Shown here: piece after piece, positions 19,269 to 29,097 of the stretch
How the letters are laid out: each line of letters begins with the position of its first letter
Position numbering within the stretch: position 1 is the first letter of the stretch
Assembly (NCBI GenBank): GCA_002709565.1
Contig: PAPY01000031.1
Span: 71-64,070 of the forward strand
Source: Legionellales bacterium
GTDB lineage: Bacteria > Pseudomonadota > Gammaproteobacteria > UBA1113
DNA length: 64,000 bases
Direction of reading: 5' to 3'
The notes under the pieces: generated by a model
Told to the model about the DNA's origin: nothing
Database searches by the model: none
Seen by the model: only the letters and a program-made list of their open reading frames with translations
Position numbers and translations under genes: made by a program

Positions 19269-21272
19269 TTAATATTGGTTGTGTGACAATGGATTACCAT
19301 ATTTTTGTAGGTATCGCTCACCGATTATAGTTGATCCGCCATAGTTTAGATGGCTGCTCAACTTCCCTGTGAAGTATAGCGGAACCCCGTCAAAAGCTGA
19401 ATAACATTTTTTTGAATCACAAATAATTTGATTTGGGTCTATCAAAATAACTTGTGGATATTTGACTCCTAAGTCTGAGATAACTTCGCGAGTTTTTGCT
19501 TGGTATGCCATAACTTGTTCATATTGATTAGAGCAGTCTATGACAGAAACTTTGGTCACACCACAATGAATTGTAGTGCTAAAAAGAGGTGGAAAATCAT
19601 AGACTATAACTGGAGTTGCACCATTAGCAATAATATATTGGATGCTATTTTCTAAGCCTGTCTTCAAAACACTAAGATAATTGTGATCTGTTATTGTTTC
19701 GAAAGTGTAGCCTTTAGACTGCCAGGCACCGCCAAGAATGACATACTGGTATTTGTTATTTTTGATTAATTTTTTTATTGTGTCTGAGCGTTTATTTAGG
19801 TCGTGTGCTAGATTAGTTGGCTTAACTAGAGTGACCAATAAGAATGGTGAACTGCTCTGTGTTGCAACATAGCCTTTGAGATGTAGCTGTTTTAAAAACA
19901 CATTCAGCATACCCATTTCAGACATGGCATGTGAATCTCCAGTAAGCAATACGTCTATTTTTTTCCTGTCTCTATCACCAAATGAGCATTCATCTTGTTT
20001 GCCTAATCGTGAAGGGTGTTGCTGGTCAGTATGACACTTACTACTGCTCTTGATAAATCCAAAATATTCGTTATCGATAATTTGTTGGGCGGTAGTGGTT
20101 ACCTGATTAAAACCGAGATGGGGATGTTTTTTTATAGTGTAATAAAAACAAACAGACATAATGATTGGAATTATCCAAAGTAAAATAAAGGATTTGGTTA
20201 GGTTAAACTGAATTTTAAACCGGAATGGTTGTTCGATATACCTCCAGCTCATTATGGCGAGAAAGAGTGAGATTATTACAATGCTGCTTCCTACAGCAAG
20301 TCCAATAGGGACACCCAGATATGATACATATGCGATAATAGGCCAATGCCATAGGTAGAGGGAATATGAGATTAAACCGACAAATACAAGAGGTTTGCAG
20401 CTTAATATTTTATTTCCTATAGCATGGTTTTTACCTGTGGCTATAACTAATGCTGAACCTATAGTTGGCAGCAAAATATAAAGACTAGGATATGCTGCTG
20501 CAGTTAATATGCAAGTTGAATAAATAATTGCAGCGAGGCCGATTAGAGATAGTAAATGATCGATAATACGGTGTCTATGCAAAGATATTTGATATTGCCC
20601 AATGGCTAATGTAGCACCAATCAGCAATTCAAATGCCCGCGTCAAGGGTGAGTAGTAAACGAGTTGGCCATTGCTTTGGTACATGACATACGTCATCAAG
20701 GATGCAAGTGTCAATATAATTATTGCTATTAACAAAAGTTTGCGTGTTAATAGCTTACCCAGGCTTATAAGGAGGAGAGGCCAAACAAGATAGAATTGTT
20801 CCTCGACACCTAGTGACCATGTATGTAGCAGTGGTAGTACGGAGGCATCAGTAGAAAAATAACCGATATTGATGAATTGCCAAAAATAAAAATTAGCCAG
20901 TGAAGATAAAGTGGCAATTAGTGAGCCAGCATAGTTTATTAGATCTTCGGGCAATAATATAAAGTATGCAGCTATGGTTGTCGCCATGGCCATCACTATT
21001 AATGCTGGTGAGATACGCCGGATTCGCTTCAAATAAAAGTTTCTTATCGTAAATTGCTTTTTTATGGAATTCAAGTAAATATGATCGGTGATAAGGAAGC
21101 CAGAGATAACGAAAAAAATATCAACACCCAAAAATCCAGCGGGCGTAAATGTTGTCCCAAGATGATACAACAATACTAATATAACGGCAATCGCCCTCAG
21201 GCCATCAATGTCAGGACGGTATTTTCTTTTACTCAAATTGCTTGTGGTATCAGTATCTGCTTGTCGATTCAT
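19269..21272 (-). CDS. O-acyltransferase, AT3 + SGNH (OafA/OatA-like)
   Basis: YRPDIDGLRA, GVDIFFVISG, HTWSLGVEEQFY, SYSLYLWHWP and GDSHA. Confidence 0.92.
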   Translation of the reverse strand: MNRQADTDTTSNLSKRKYRPDIDGLRAIAVILVLLYHLGTTFTPAGFLGVDIFFVISGFLITDHIYLNSIKKQFTIRNFYLKRIRRISPALIVMAMATTIAAYFILLPEDLINYAGSLIATLSSLANFYFWQFINIGYFSTDASVLPLLHTWSLGVEEQFYLVWPLLLISLGKLLTRKLLLIAIIILTLASLMTYVMYQSNGQLVYYSPLTRAFELLIGATLAIGQYQISLHRHRIIDHLLSLIGLAAIIYSTCILTAAAYPSLYILLPTIGSALVIATGKNHAIGNKILSCKPLVFVGLISYSLYLWHWPIIAYVSYLGVPIGLAVGSSIVIISLFLAIMSWRYIEQPFRFKIQFNLTKSFILLWIIPIIMSVCFYYTIKKHPHLGFNQVTTTAQQIIDNEYFGFIKSSSKCHTDQQHPSRLGKQDECSFGDRDRKKIDVLLTGDSHAMSEMGMLNVFLKQLHLKGYVATQSSSPFLLVTLVKPTNLAHDLNKRSDTIKKLIKNNKYQYVILGGAWQSKGYTFETITDHNYLSVLKTGLENSIQYIIANGATPVIVYDFPPLFSTTIHCGVTKVSVIDCSNQYEQVMAYQAKTREVISDLGVKYPQVILIDPNQIICDSKKCYSAFDGVPLYFTGKLSSHLNYGGSTIIGERYLQKYGNPLSHNQY

Positions 21273-21274
21273 TA

Positions 21275-22705
21275 TTAGCTCGCTAGCTCATTTTTTTGAT
21301 GCCAATAGAGTGTTCTTCCACTCTTAGTGATGATTTCTTTTTTGATGATTTTTGTATGTTGGCTGAGTATTAATTCAAAATTATCTTGATTATAATCAGC
21401 AAAAATATCTTTACGTAGTGCAAGCATTTTGATAACAGTGATGTCTTCTTTAGGAATGAACTCAATAATACCCTGAGGAGCTATATTCAATAACCACTGA
21501 ACTAGCTGAGCTAAAGGGATATTTTTCGCAACGGCTAAATGATGAATGAAAGCTAAAGCAATCATCGCGTCTGCTTTAGCACGCTTATTGAATCCACAGC
21601 GTTCGGATTGTAACCAGCCCTGGGCAGGGCTAGGATTCGCTGCATCGAGGAATAATGGCAAAAATGGCTTAGCCAAGGTTTTCGACCGTTGATAGGCAAG
21701 CTCCAAAGAAGTTTGATCAAAGTCAAAGCCAACCACAGACTCGGCCCCATGCTCGAGGGAAATTATGGAATAGTCACCCGTATTACAGCCTAAGTCGATT
21801 AATAGCTCAGGTTTGATTGTACTTGTAAATTCGGCAATAAATTGTTTTTTCTTGATAGCTTCATCGCTATCGTAGATGTTGGTATGAGCATATCTACCCC
21901 AGTAAGTCTTACTGTTGCCTTTAGGCTCGAGGCGACTCACCCATTTGCGCATTTGTCTCAGTAGACCTTCATAAGCAAGTTTAGAAAAGCCTTTTTGGCT
22001 GCTTGCTTTGGTCATTGCGTTGTCTTCATTCTTGATGGCTACTTTGTCAAAGTAGTTCTGTAGCAAGATATGGGTGAAGATTTTCCAGTTGAATTTTTTG
22101 CGCAATGGTAACATCAGCGCAATATCAGATGTTGGCACGCCTTCAAGGTTGCCACGGAACCAACTGTTATGGGTAATGCCTAAAATAGATCGTAATAATA
22201 AGGGATTGAGAAATTGCGTACAAAACTGACGATAGCCCAGCCAGTATTCGCCTTGTTGGTAGGACGCTAACGATAATAAGTCAATGAATACTGGTTTCGC
22301 ACCAATGAATTGAATGTTATAAGCACTGGCATCTTTTAAGACGACGTCGTTTTGCAATAGATACAATTGGAAATCAATATGATGCAGTGCCGCGTCTTTT
22401 AATTGATAGAAGCACCATTCATAAGGATAAGAAACATAAGGTACTCGCTCATGCTCTAATATGTATGCCGTATTGGCTTCTTGTGAAGGCCACTCCTCGC
22501 GCTCTAATTCTTTGGTTGGAATGAGAAAATTTTTTTCGATTGCCTGCTGGTACACAGATGGTGGGATTGTTTCATATTGCTCGCGGCCAGCTTCTTGGAC
22601 AAAGCGGTATATTCTATCATTTCCTTCATAGATATATCCCATAGGGTCTCTAAATGAGCCGGTATTTTTGTGGATAGCTTGCGATGAGTCTGTTACCTCT
22701 ATCAT
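21275..22705 (-). CDS. NoeA-like class I SAM-dependent methyltransferase
   Basis: GSFRDP, SYPYEW, LKDASAYN, DLGCNTG and LAFIHHL. Confidence 0.75.
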   Translation of the reverse strand: MIEVTDSSQAIHKNTGSFRDPMGYIYEGNDRIYRFVQEAGREQYETIPPSVYQQAIEKNFLIPTKELEREEWPSQEANTAYILEHERVPYVSYPYEWCFYQLKDAALHHIDFQLYLLQNDVVLKDASAYNIQFIGAKPVFIDLLSLASYQQGEYWLGYRQFCTQFLNPLLLRSILGITHNSWFRGNLEGVPTSDIALMLPLRKKFNWKIFTHILLQNYFDKVAIKNEDNAMTKASSQKGFSKLAYEGLLRQMRKWVSRLEPKGNSKTYWGRYAHTNIYDSDEAIKKKQFIAEFTSTIKPELLIDLGCNTGDYSIISLEHGAESVVGFDFDQTSLELAYQRSKTLAKPFLPLFLDAANPSPAQGWLQSERCGFNKRAKADAMIALAFIHHLAVAKNIPLAQLVQWLLNIAPQGIIEFIPKEDITVIKMLALRKDIFADYNQDNFELILSQHTKIIKKEIITKSGRTLYWHQKNELAS

Positions 22706-22708
22706 AAT

Positions 22709-23998
22709 TTACACCTTTGCCACTCCGTAAACCAAGATACCGTAAATGATGTAACTCAAAACCCAAGCAATGGCGAGTGCGCACAAGAATATTATAAAAT
22801 TTCCACTCAAATACCCTATTCCAATGGCGCCAGCAGTCATTACTAAATAGAGAATTTGCCACAATGAGCAAATTTCATTGCGGCCCACGACGCCGAAGAT
22901 ATTGGTGAGAGGAGAGACGCAAAACGCCGCAACAATGGCCGGAGCAATAATTGCTAAGACGAGACTGCTGTGATTCCAATTAGCACCAAACAGCCAGGGT
23001 AAGAAGGGTGCAATGGCATACATACCTATCAGGTATGCTCCACCCATGCTCCCGAGCAGTAAAAAACTTTTTTTGACCAAGGGTTGCAAAGATTGCTGGG
23101 CGCGAAAGCAATCAGCAAAACGTTTTAGCAGTAATTGTGATAAGACTGTTGCAAGTAAGCCCGTCGGTATTTGAAAAACCCGATTCACTAGAAAATAAAT
23201 CCCAGCATAGGTTTGGCCGAACAGTATACCGATAAAGAATACCGGGACCCAAGCGGCCGCCGAGTCCAATACTGACGTCCAACTGGAGTGGAGTGGAAAT
23301 TTATAATATTTCTTTAGCAAACTGGGACCGAGTTTAAGCGCTGCCTTCGAGAATTCGACATTACCCAGTGCTTTGTACATTAAGTATAAGGCGTTACACA
23401 CTAAGCCAATCAAATAGCCTGCAATTAGAGCGATGGCTGCTTGGGGAATAACAAAAATCAATGCTAACTGTGCCGCGATCATCGTGATATTTTGAATGAT
23501 TTTGCCGTGGGCCACCAAACCAACCCTGTCTTGATGAATACAGTGTAAACGCAGAATTTGGCAAATTCCTTGCAGGATAAAGATCCCAAACAAGCAATAC
23601 AGCATGGTGCTGTCAATCGCTAAATAGGCATTTAACAGATCATGAAACAACCATAATAGGCCGGTGATAACAAAACTTGAGGCAATGACAATCAGTCCGC
23701 TAACCAACAATAAGCAAGATGCTTGTTGCTCGTTTTCGGTTAAGGGAATTGCAAACTCTAAGCGTAAACTAGCTGCCGGTAGCAACAGCGCCGCAAATGC
23801 CATGACATAACCCAGTTGCGCAAAGGCGTCTGGTGGGTACAAGCGCGTCAAAATCGGAGTACTCAAGATCAAGAGCAATTGTGCAATGATATAACCTAGG
23901 GTAATGCCGGAGGCCTTTTTGAGTAATTGTGAATGCCTTGCCTGCTTGAGATAGCATGACAACGTTGACGTGAGGGTTTTTGTTTGGCTTGCATCCAC
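22709..23998 (-). CDS. wzx: Wzx-type oligosaccharide flippase (second)
   Basis: PILTRLYPP, LRLEFAIP, KFP and LFGANW; about 12 TM segments. Confidence 0.8.
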   Translation of the reverse strand: MDASQTKTLTSTLSCYLKQARHSQLLKKASGITLGYIIAQLLLILSTPILTRLYPPDAFAQLGYVMAFAALLLPAASLRLEFAIPLTENEQQASCLLLVSGLIVIASSFVITGLLWLFHDLLNAYLAIDSTMLYCLFGIFILQGICQILRLHCIHQDRVGLVAHGKIIQNITMIAAQLALIFVIPQAAIALIAGYLIGLVCNALYLMYKALGNVEFSKAALKLGPSLLKKYYKFPLHSSWTSVLDSAAAWVPVFFIGILFGQTYAGIYFLVNRVFQIPTGLLATVLSQLLLKRFADCFRAQQSLQPLVKKSFLLLGSMGGAYLIGMYAIAPFLPWLFGANWNHSSLVLAIIAPAIVAAFCVSPLTNIFGVVGRNEICSLWQILYLVMTAGAIGIGYLSGNFIIFLCALAIAWVLSYIIYGILVYGVAKV

Positions 23999-24003
23999 GT
24001 GTT

Positions 24004-24252
24004 TTATTGGGCCTCTGGTTTTGCGAGGTTGCGTTTAAAGATGTTATCGGAATTGAGCCAATTGCTGATTTTAAACCATGCCCGCTCATGCAAGTAATAG
24101 AGAAATATCTTAACAATAACTTCAAGTGAGCCAATCGTAATAGCAAAACTGACTTTGCGCACGACGATATAGCTAATAACAATCGTTGTTAGTGTGGCGA
24201 AAGTTCGCCAACTGATGGCTTTAATAACACTGATTTTTCGAGATTGGCTCAT
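24004..24252 (-). CDS. DUF2061-like small membrane protein
   Basis: KAISWR and YYLHERAW motifs. Confidence 0.8.
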   Translation of the reverse strand: MSQSRKISVIKAISWRTFATLTTIVISYIVVRKVSFAITIGSLEVIVKIFLYYLHERAWFKISNWLNSDNIFKRNLAKPEAQ

Positions 24253-24267
24253 TATTTGTTGTCTCCT

Positions 24268-25980
24268 TTATAATTCATTCAGCGGTGAACTAAGACTACC
24301 GAGTATGGCCGCTGATTTAATATGATTTGTGATAGGGGTTTCAGTTTCAATCGCGTCAATATATCCCATATGTACTAGGGTGTTAATCACCGTGTCGACA
24401 GCTTCTAGCGGTGTTACGGTGCTGGTGTCTATTTGTAACTCTGGTTTGATAGGTGCTTCGTAAGGATCATCGATACCAGTGAAGTCTTTAATCAGGCCGG
24501 CTCGTGCCTTACGGTAGAGACCTTTCGGATCTCGCTCCTCACAGGCGGCGAGCGGTGTTGATAGATAAACTTCAATAAAACCACCGTATTGTTCGATGTG
24601 CTCTCTGACATAACGTCGGGTATCGGCATACGGTGCGATAGGGGCACAGATAGCGATGCCATGATTCTTTGTGATCTCAGATGCCACAAAACCGATGCGT
24701 TTTACATTAGCATCCCTATCTTCTCTCGAGAAGCCAAGACCCTTGGATAAATTTAATCGGACTAAATCACCATCCAGTAATGTCACCGGACGGCCCGTGT
24801 TTTCCATTAATTTTGATTTTAGTAATTTAGCAATGGTGGATTTGCCTGCGCCGGATAGCCCGGTGAGGAATAGACAAAATCCTTGGCGGCGTTTGGGCGG
24901 GAAGCGTTCCCGTAAGATATCGATGACTTCAGGGAATGAAAACCATTCAGGAATATCTTGACCTGTCTCCAGACGCTGCTTAAGTTCTCTTTCGCTAATT
25001 TGTGTATTAGTGCTTTCAGTCTTGCTGCGCTTGACGAGGATAACGTTAATGCCTAACTCATCGTTATACTGTTGCAGTAATGATGCAATTTGTGTTTTTT
25101 CTTCACCAGCAAGCGTTTGCTCATCAATAATAAAATCACTACAGCCGTAATTTTTGCGAATGATGGCATGCCAGAGTGCTTCTCGGGCACCGGCCATGCG
25201 CACCGCCAATGGCAATAGACTTAATAGCGCACTATGTTGTGGATAATGTTTGAGTGCTTGCTTGTAGCATTTTACCCGGGTGTAATGATCGATATCAGTA
25301 GTAGCGCTGATGCCAACACCGGGTTGAATCAATAATAGTGCATCGAGTTCATTAGCTATTTTGGTCGTTAAGTCATAATCGGTTTGATGAATGGGTCTGC
25401 ACGTATGAAATCCTACGACCCTTTGTGCGCCAATCATTGTAAAATAAGTTTGTAATTCATGGGGTGTGTTGCGTAACTCAATGAAATCAGGTGTCTTCGG
25501 CAATTGTACACTGAGTAGTTTGCCGCCGACATAAGTATCGCCGGTATAGTGATTGAGACGAAAAACGCCGGGGTGGCTTTCATCGGTAGTGCCATAAAGA
25601 TGCTGTGCTTCACGGACCTTATCGGGTTGCCAACAATCACTGACCTGCATGATGGCGAGTAGGAGGCCTTCTTGATTGCGTAGTGCTATGTAACTGTCAA
25701 TGGTTATGTCCTTGGCAAATACTGCCGTCACATCCAGTGTCACTGGCATTGGCCAGAATAGACCATTGGTTAAACGCATATCGGTTAGGACGGACCCATA
25801 ATCAGCTTTGGTCAGGAAACCGTCGAGGGGGGAGAAGCCGCCACTCATTAGCAGCTTGATGTCGCAGAGTTGCCAGTCGGTTAAATACCAGGATGGCATT
25901 TCTTGTAATGCAGGTTTCCAGTCTTCTACTTCTGCGATAGAAAGGAAACTGTCCTTTAACTGACCACCATGTGCCTGCAT
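24268..25980 (-). CDS. sat/cysC: Sat-CysC fusion: degenerate ATP sulfurylase domain plus intact APS kinase
   Basis: HGG, GGFSPL, WPMPVTLD and AGAREALWHAIIRKNYGC; kinase GLSGAGKS, LDGD, RDPKGLY. Start ATG 25980 with GGGAG RBS. Confidence 0.88.
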   Translation of the reverse strand: MQAHGGQLKDSFLSIAEVEDWKPALQEMPSWYLTDWQLCDIKLLMSGGFSPLDGFLTKADYGSVLTDMRLTNGLFWPMPVTLDVTAVFAKDITIDSYIALRNQEGLLLAIMQVSDCWQPDKVREAQHLYGTTDESHPGVFRLNHYTGDTYVGGKLLSVQLPKTPDFIELRNTPHELQTYFTMIGAQRVVGFHTCRPIHQTDYDLTTKIANELDALLLIQPGVGISATTDIDHYTRVKCYKQALKHYPQHSALLSLLPLAVRMAGAREALWHAIIRKNYGCSDFIIDEQTLAGEEKTQIASLLQQYNDELGINVILVKRSKTESTNTQISERELKQRLETGQDIPEWFSFPEVIDILRERFPPKRRQGFCLFLTGLSGAGKSTIAKLLKSKLMENTGRPVTLLDGDLVRLNLSKGLGFSREDRDANVKRIGFVASEITKNHGIAICAPIAPYADTRRYVREHIEQYGGFIEVYLSTPLAACEERDPKGLYRKARAGLIKDFTGIDDPYEAPIKPELQIDTSTVTPLEAVDTVINTLVHMGYIDAIETETPITNHIKSAAILGSLSSPLNEL

Positions 25981-26173
25981 GTTGCTGACTCCCGCATTAA
26001 ATCTAAAGAGGGAGCATTCTACCCATGGCCGGCACTGTATTGCAAGATTTGTAAGCAAAGAAAGACAAAGCATTGGTCAGTATGTAACCGCAAGGATGCT
26101 TTGCATTACCTAGCAGAGTTGTTCATAATATCCCCCCTCTTTTGAGTTATATTAATGCCTTTTTATTGGAGAT

Positions 26174-27079
26174 GTGCCCGTGACGAGAAGCCACTTACAA
26201 AAACTCGAGGACGAGAGTATCCATATCATGCGCGAAGTTGTGGCCCAAGCCGAACGTCCGGCGATGTTGTACTCTATCGGCAAAGATAGTTCTGTCATGC
26301 TGCACTTAGCCATGAAGGCATTTTATCCTGCTAAGCCCCCTTTCCCCTTGGTTCATGTTGATACAACCTGGAAGTTCCGCGAAATGATCCAGTTTCGTGA
26401 TAATACGGCGAAGGATTTAGGCCTTGAGTTGTTGGTGCATACCAACCCTGAGGGGGTGGCTGAAGGTATTGGACCATTTAGTCATGGCTCGGAACATCAT
26501 ACTCGGGTGATGAAAACCGAAGCGCTTAAGCAAGCGCTAGACAAATACCAATTTGATGCGGTGTTTGGTGGAGCCCGTCGGGATGAAGAAAAATCCCGCG
26601 CTAAAGAGCGCGTATTTTCGTTCCGCGACAAACATCATCGTTGGGACCCCAAGAATCAACGTCCCGAATTATGGGGCCTTTACAATGCCTACAAACACAA
26701 GGGGGAAAGCATTCGCGTTTTTCCGTTATCGAATTGGACAGAGTTAGATATTTGGCAGTATATCTATCAAGAAAATATTCCTATTGTACCCTTGTATCTT
26801 GCCGAAGAACGCCCGGTGGTAGAGCGTGACGGTACACTCATCATGGTGGATGATGAACGTATGCCATTACAAGCCGACGAACAAGCACAAATGCGCAGGG
26901 TACGTTTTCGTACCTTAGGGTGTTATCCCTTAACCGGTGCTATCGAGTCACAAGCTAGTACTATCCCGATGATTATCGAAGAAATGTTATTAAGCACATC
27001 CTCTGAGCGACAAGGACGTGTTATTGATAATGATGCCAATGCATCAATGGAGCAGAAAAAACAAGAGGGGTATTTCTAG
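26174..27079 (+). CDS. cysD: Sulfate adenylyltransferase subunit 2
   Basis: [29 protein letters not shown]. Confidence 0.97.
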   Translation: MPVTRSHLQKLEDESIHIMREVVAQAERPAMLYSIGKDSSVMLHLAMKAFYPAKPPFPLVHVDTTWKFREMIQFRDNTAKDLGLELLVHTNPEGVAEGIGPFSHGSEHHTRVMKTEALKQALDKYQFDAVFGGARRDEEKSRAKERVFSFRDKHHRWDPKNQRPELWGLYNAYKHKGESIRVFPLSNWTELDIWQYIYQENIPIVPLYLAEERPVVERDGTLIMVDDERMPLQADEQAQMRRVRFRTLGCYPLTGAIESQASTIPMIIEEMLLSTSSERQGRVIDNDANASMEQKKQEGYF

Positions 27080-28983
27080 TGTTTACAACCGATGCATTAC
27101 CAGCGCAAACTGACATTGATGATTACCTCAAATCACAGAACAATAAATCCTTATTGCGATTTCTGACCTGTGGTTCTGTGGATGATGGTAAGTCTACCTT
27201 AATTGGGCGTCTGCTCTATGAATCAAAAATGATTTATGACGATCAATTAAGTGCTTTGCATAAAGATAGCAAAAAGTTCGGCACCACTGGTGAGGGTTTG
27301 GATTTTGCGTTATTGGTGGATGGTTTAAGTGCTGAACGCGAGCAAGGGATCACTATCGATGTTGCGTATCGTTATTTTTCGACGGACAAACGCAAATTTA
27401 TTGTTATCGACACCCCTGGACATGAACAATATACCCGCAATATGGCAACCGGTGCATCCCATGCTGATTTGGCGGTGGTGATGATTGATGCACGCAAAGG
27501 CGTGTTACCACAAACTAAACGCCATAGTTATATCGCGCACTTGTTGGGCATAAAACATATTGTGTTGGCCGTCAACAAAATGGATTTGGTGGAGTATAGC
27601 GAGGCGCGTTTTAGTGAAATTTGGCAAGATTATTTGGCCTTTGCTGAGTCATTGAATGTAGAAAATATTCATGCCATTCCGTTATCGGCATTGCAAGGCG
27701 ATAATTTAGTGACTGCATCTAGCAATATGCCTTGGTACGAAGGGCCAAGTTTGATGAGCTACTTAGAGACGGTACAAATCAATGCGGCAACACAATCATT
27801 GCCATTTACGATGCCGATACAATGGGTTAATCGCCCCAATTTGGACTTTCGCGGTTTTACCGGAAGAGTGGCTTCTGGCAATCTGCACCCAGGGGATGCA
27901 ATTAGTATTTTACCCAGCAATAGACATGCAACCGTTGAACGTATTGTTACTTACGATGGTGATTTAACCGAGGCACAAGCGGGGCAATCCATTACTTGCG
28001 TACTCACAGAAGAGATTGATGTTTCGCGGGGCGATGTGTTTGTGACACAAGACTCACACTGCCATGTGAGTGATGAATTCACGGCTGAAATCTTATGGAT
28101 GTCAGAAAAGCCATTTATTCCCGGTCGACAATACTTACTGCGCCAAGGGACAACCCATGCATTGTGTACACCGAGCAAACCAACCTACCGAGTTAACATT
28201 CATAGCTTGGTTCATGAAGCTGCCGAGGACTTATCACTGAATGAAATAGGTTGTTGTGAAATATTGCTCAACAGAGCGATTGCTTTTGCGCCCTATCGAA
28301 CAAATCCTGGACTCGGGAGCTTTATTTTAATTGACAGGGCTACTAACGCGACAGTGGCGGCAGGTTTTATCCAGTCCAGTGAGAGCCACTTGGCGAATGT
28401 TAAATCGCAACCCTTGTTAGTAGATAAACAAGCCCGCTCAGGAATCAAGCCTCACAAGCCGGCGATCTTATGGTTAACTGGTTTGTTCTGTGCCGGTAAA
28501 TCGACTATCGCCAATTTGGTAGAATTAAAAATGAATCAGCAAGGCATACACACGATGTTGCTTGATGGTGACAATATTCGCCGTGGCCTGAATCGGGATT
28601 TAGGTTTTAGTGAAGCCAATCGAGTTGAAAACATTCGCCGAATTGCTGAAGTTGCTGATTTGATGTCGGAGGCGGGTTTAATATGTCTGGTGTCGTTTAT
28701 TTCGCCTTTTGCGGCGGAACGGCAAATGGCAAGAACCCTTATCGGCGATGAGCAATTTGTTGAGATCTATGTCAAAACGCCACTCGAGGTTGCGGAACAG
28801 CGCGATACAGAAGGCTTGTACAAAAAAGCCCGGGCCGGGGTAATTGAAGACTTCACCGGGATCAATAGCCCCTATGAGGAACCTGAGTCACCCGAGCTTA
28901 TTATTGATACGACTGAACTCAGTCCCGAGGAGAGCGCTCAAGTTATCATTAACTATCTGAAACAGAAAGGAATTACCTACTAA
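27079..28983 (+). CDS. cysNC: CysN GTPase-APS kinase fusion (NodQ-like)
   Basis: GSVDDGKST, DTPGHEQY and NKMD; C-terminal kinase domain with LDGDNIR. Confidence 0.95.
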   Translation: MFTTDALPAQTDIDDYLKSQNNKSLLRFLTCGSVDDGKSTLIGRLLYESKMIYDDQLSALHKDSKKFGTTGEGLDFALLVDGLSAEREQGITIDVAYRYFSTDKRKFIVIDTPGHEQYTRNMATGASHADLAVVMIDARKGVLPQTKRHSYIAHLLGIKHIVLAVNKMDLVEYSEARFSEIWQDYLAFAESLNVENIHAIPLSALQGDNLVTASSNMPWYEGPSLMSYLETVQINAATQSLPFTMPIQWVNRPNLDFRGFTGRVASGNLHPGDAISILPSNRHATVERIVTYDGDLTEAQAGQSITCVLTEEIDVSRGDVFVTQDSHCHVSDEFTAEILWMSEKPFIPGRQYLLRQGTTHALCTPSKPTYRVNIHSLVHEAAEDLSLNEIGCCEILLNRAIAFAPYRTNPGLGSFILIDRATNATVAAGFIQSSESHLANVKSQPLLVDKQARSGIKPHKPAILWLTGLFCAGKSTIANLVELKMNQQGIHTMLLDGDNIRRGLNRDLGFSEANRVENIRRIAEVADLMSEAGLICLVSFISPFAAERQMARTLIGDEQFVEIYVKTPLEVAEQRDTEGLYKKARAGVIEDFTGINSPYEEPESPELIIDTTELSPEESAQVIINYLKQKGITY

Positions 28984-29097
28984 TTCCTGGGTGCGGGCGG
29001 CTGAGGTACAATAAGGACAAAAATTTATCAGTTTTTATCCATTTCTAGCAAACTATGGTAGAATCAGCCTCCTTATGAAAGACAGAGTGATGATTCG

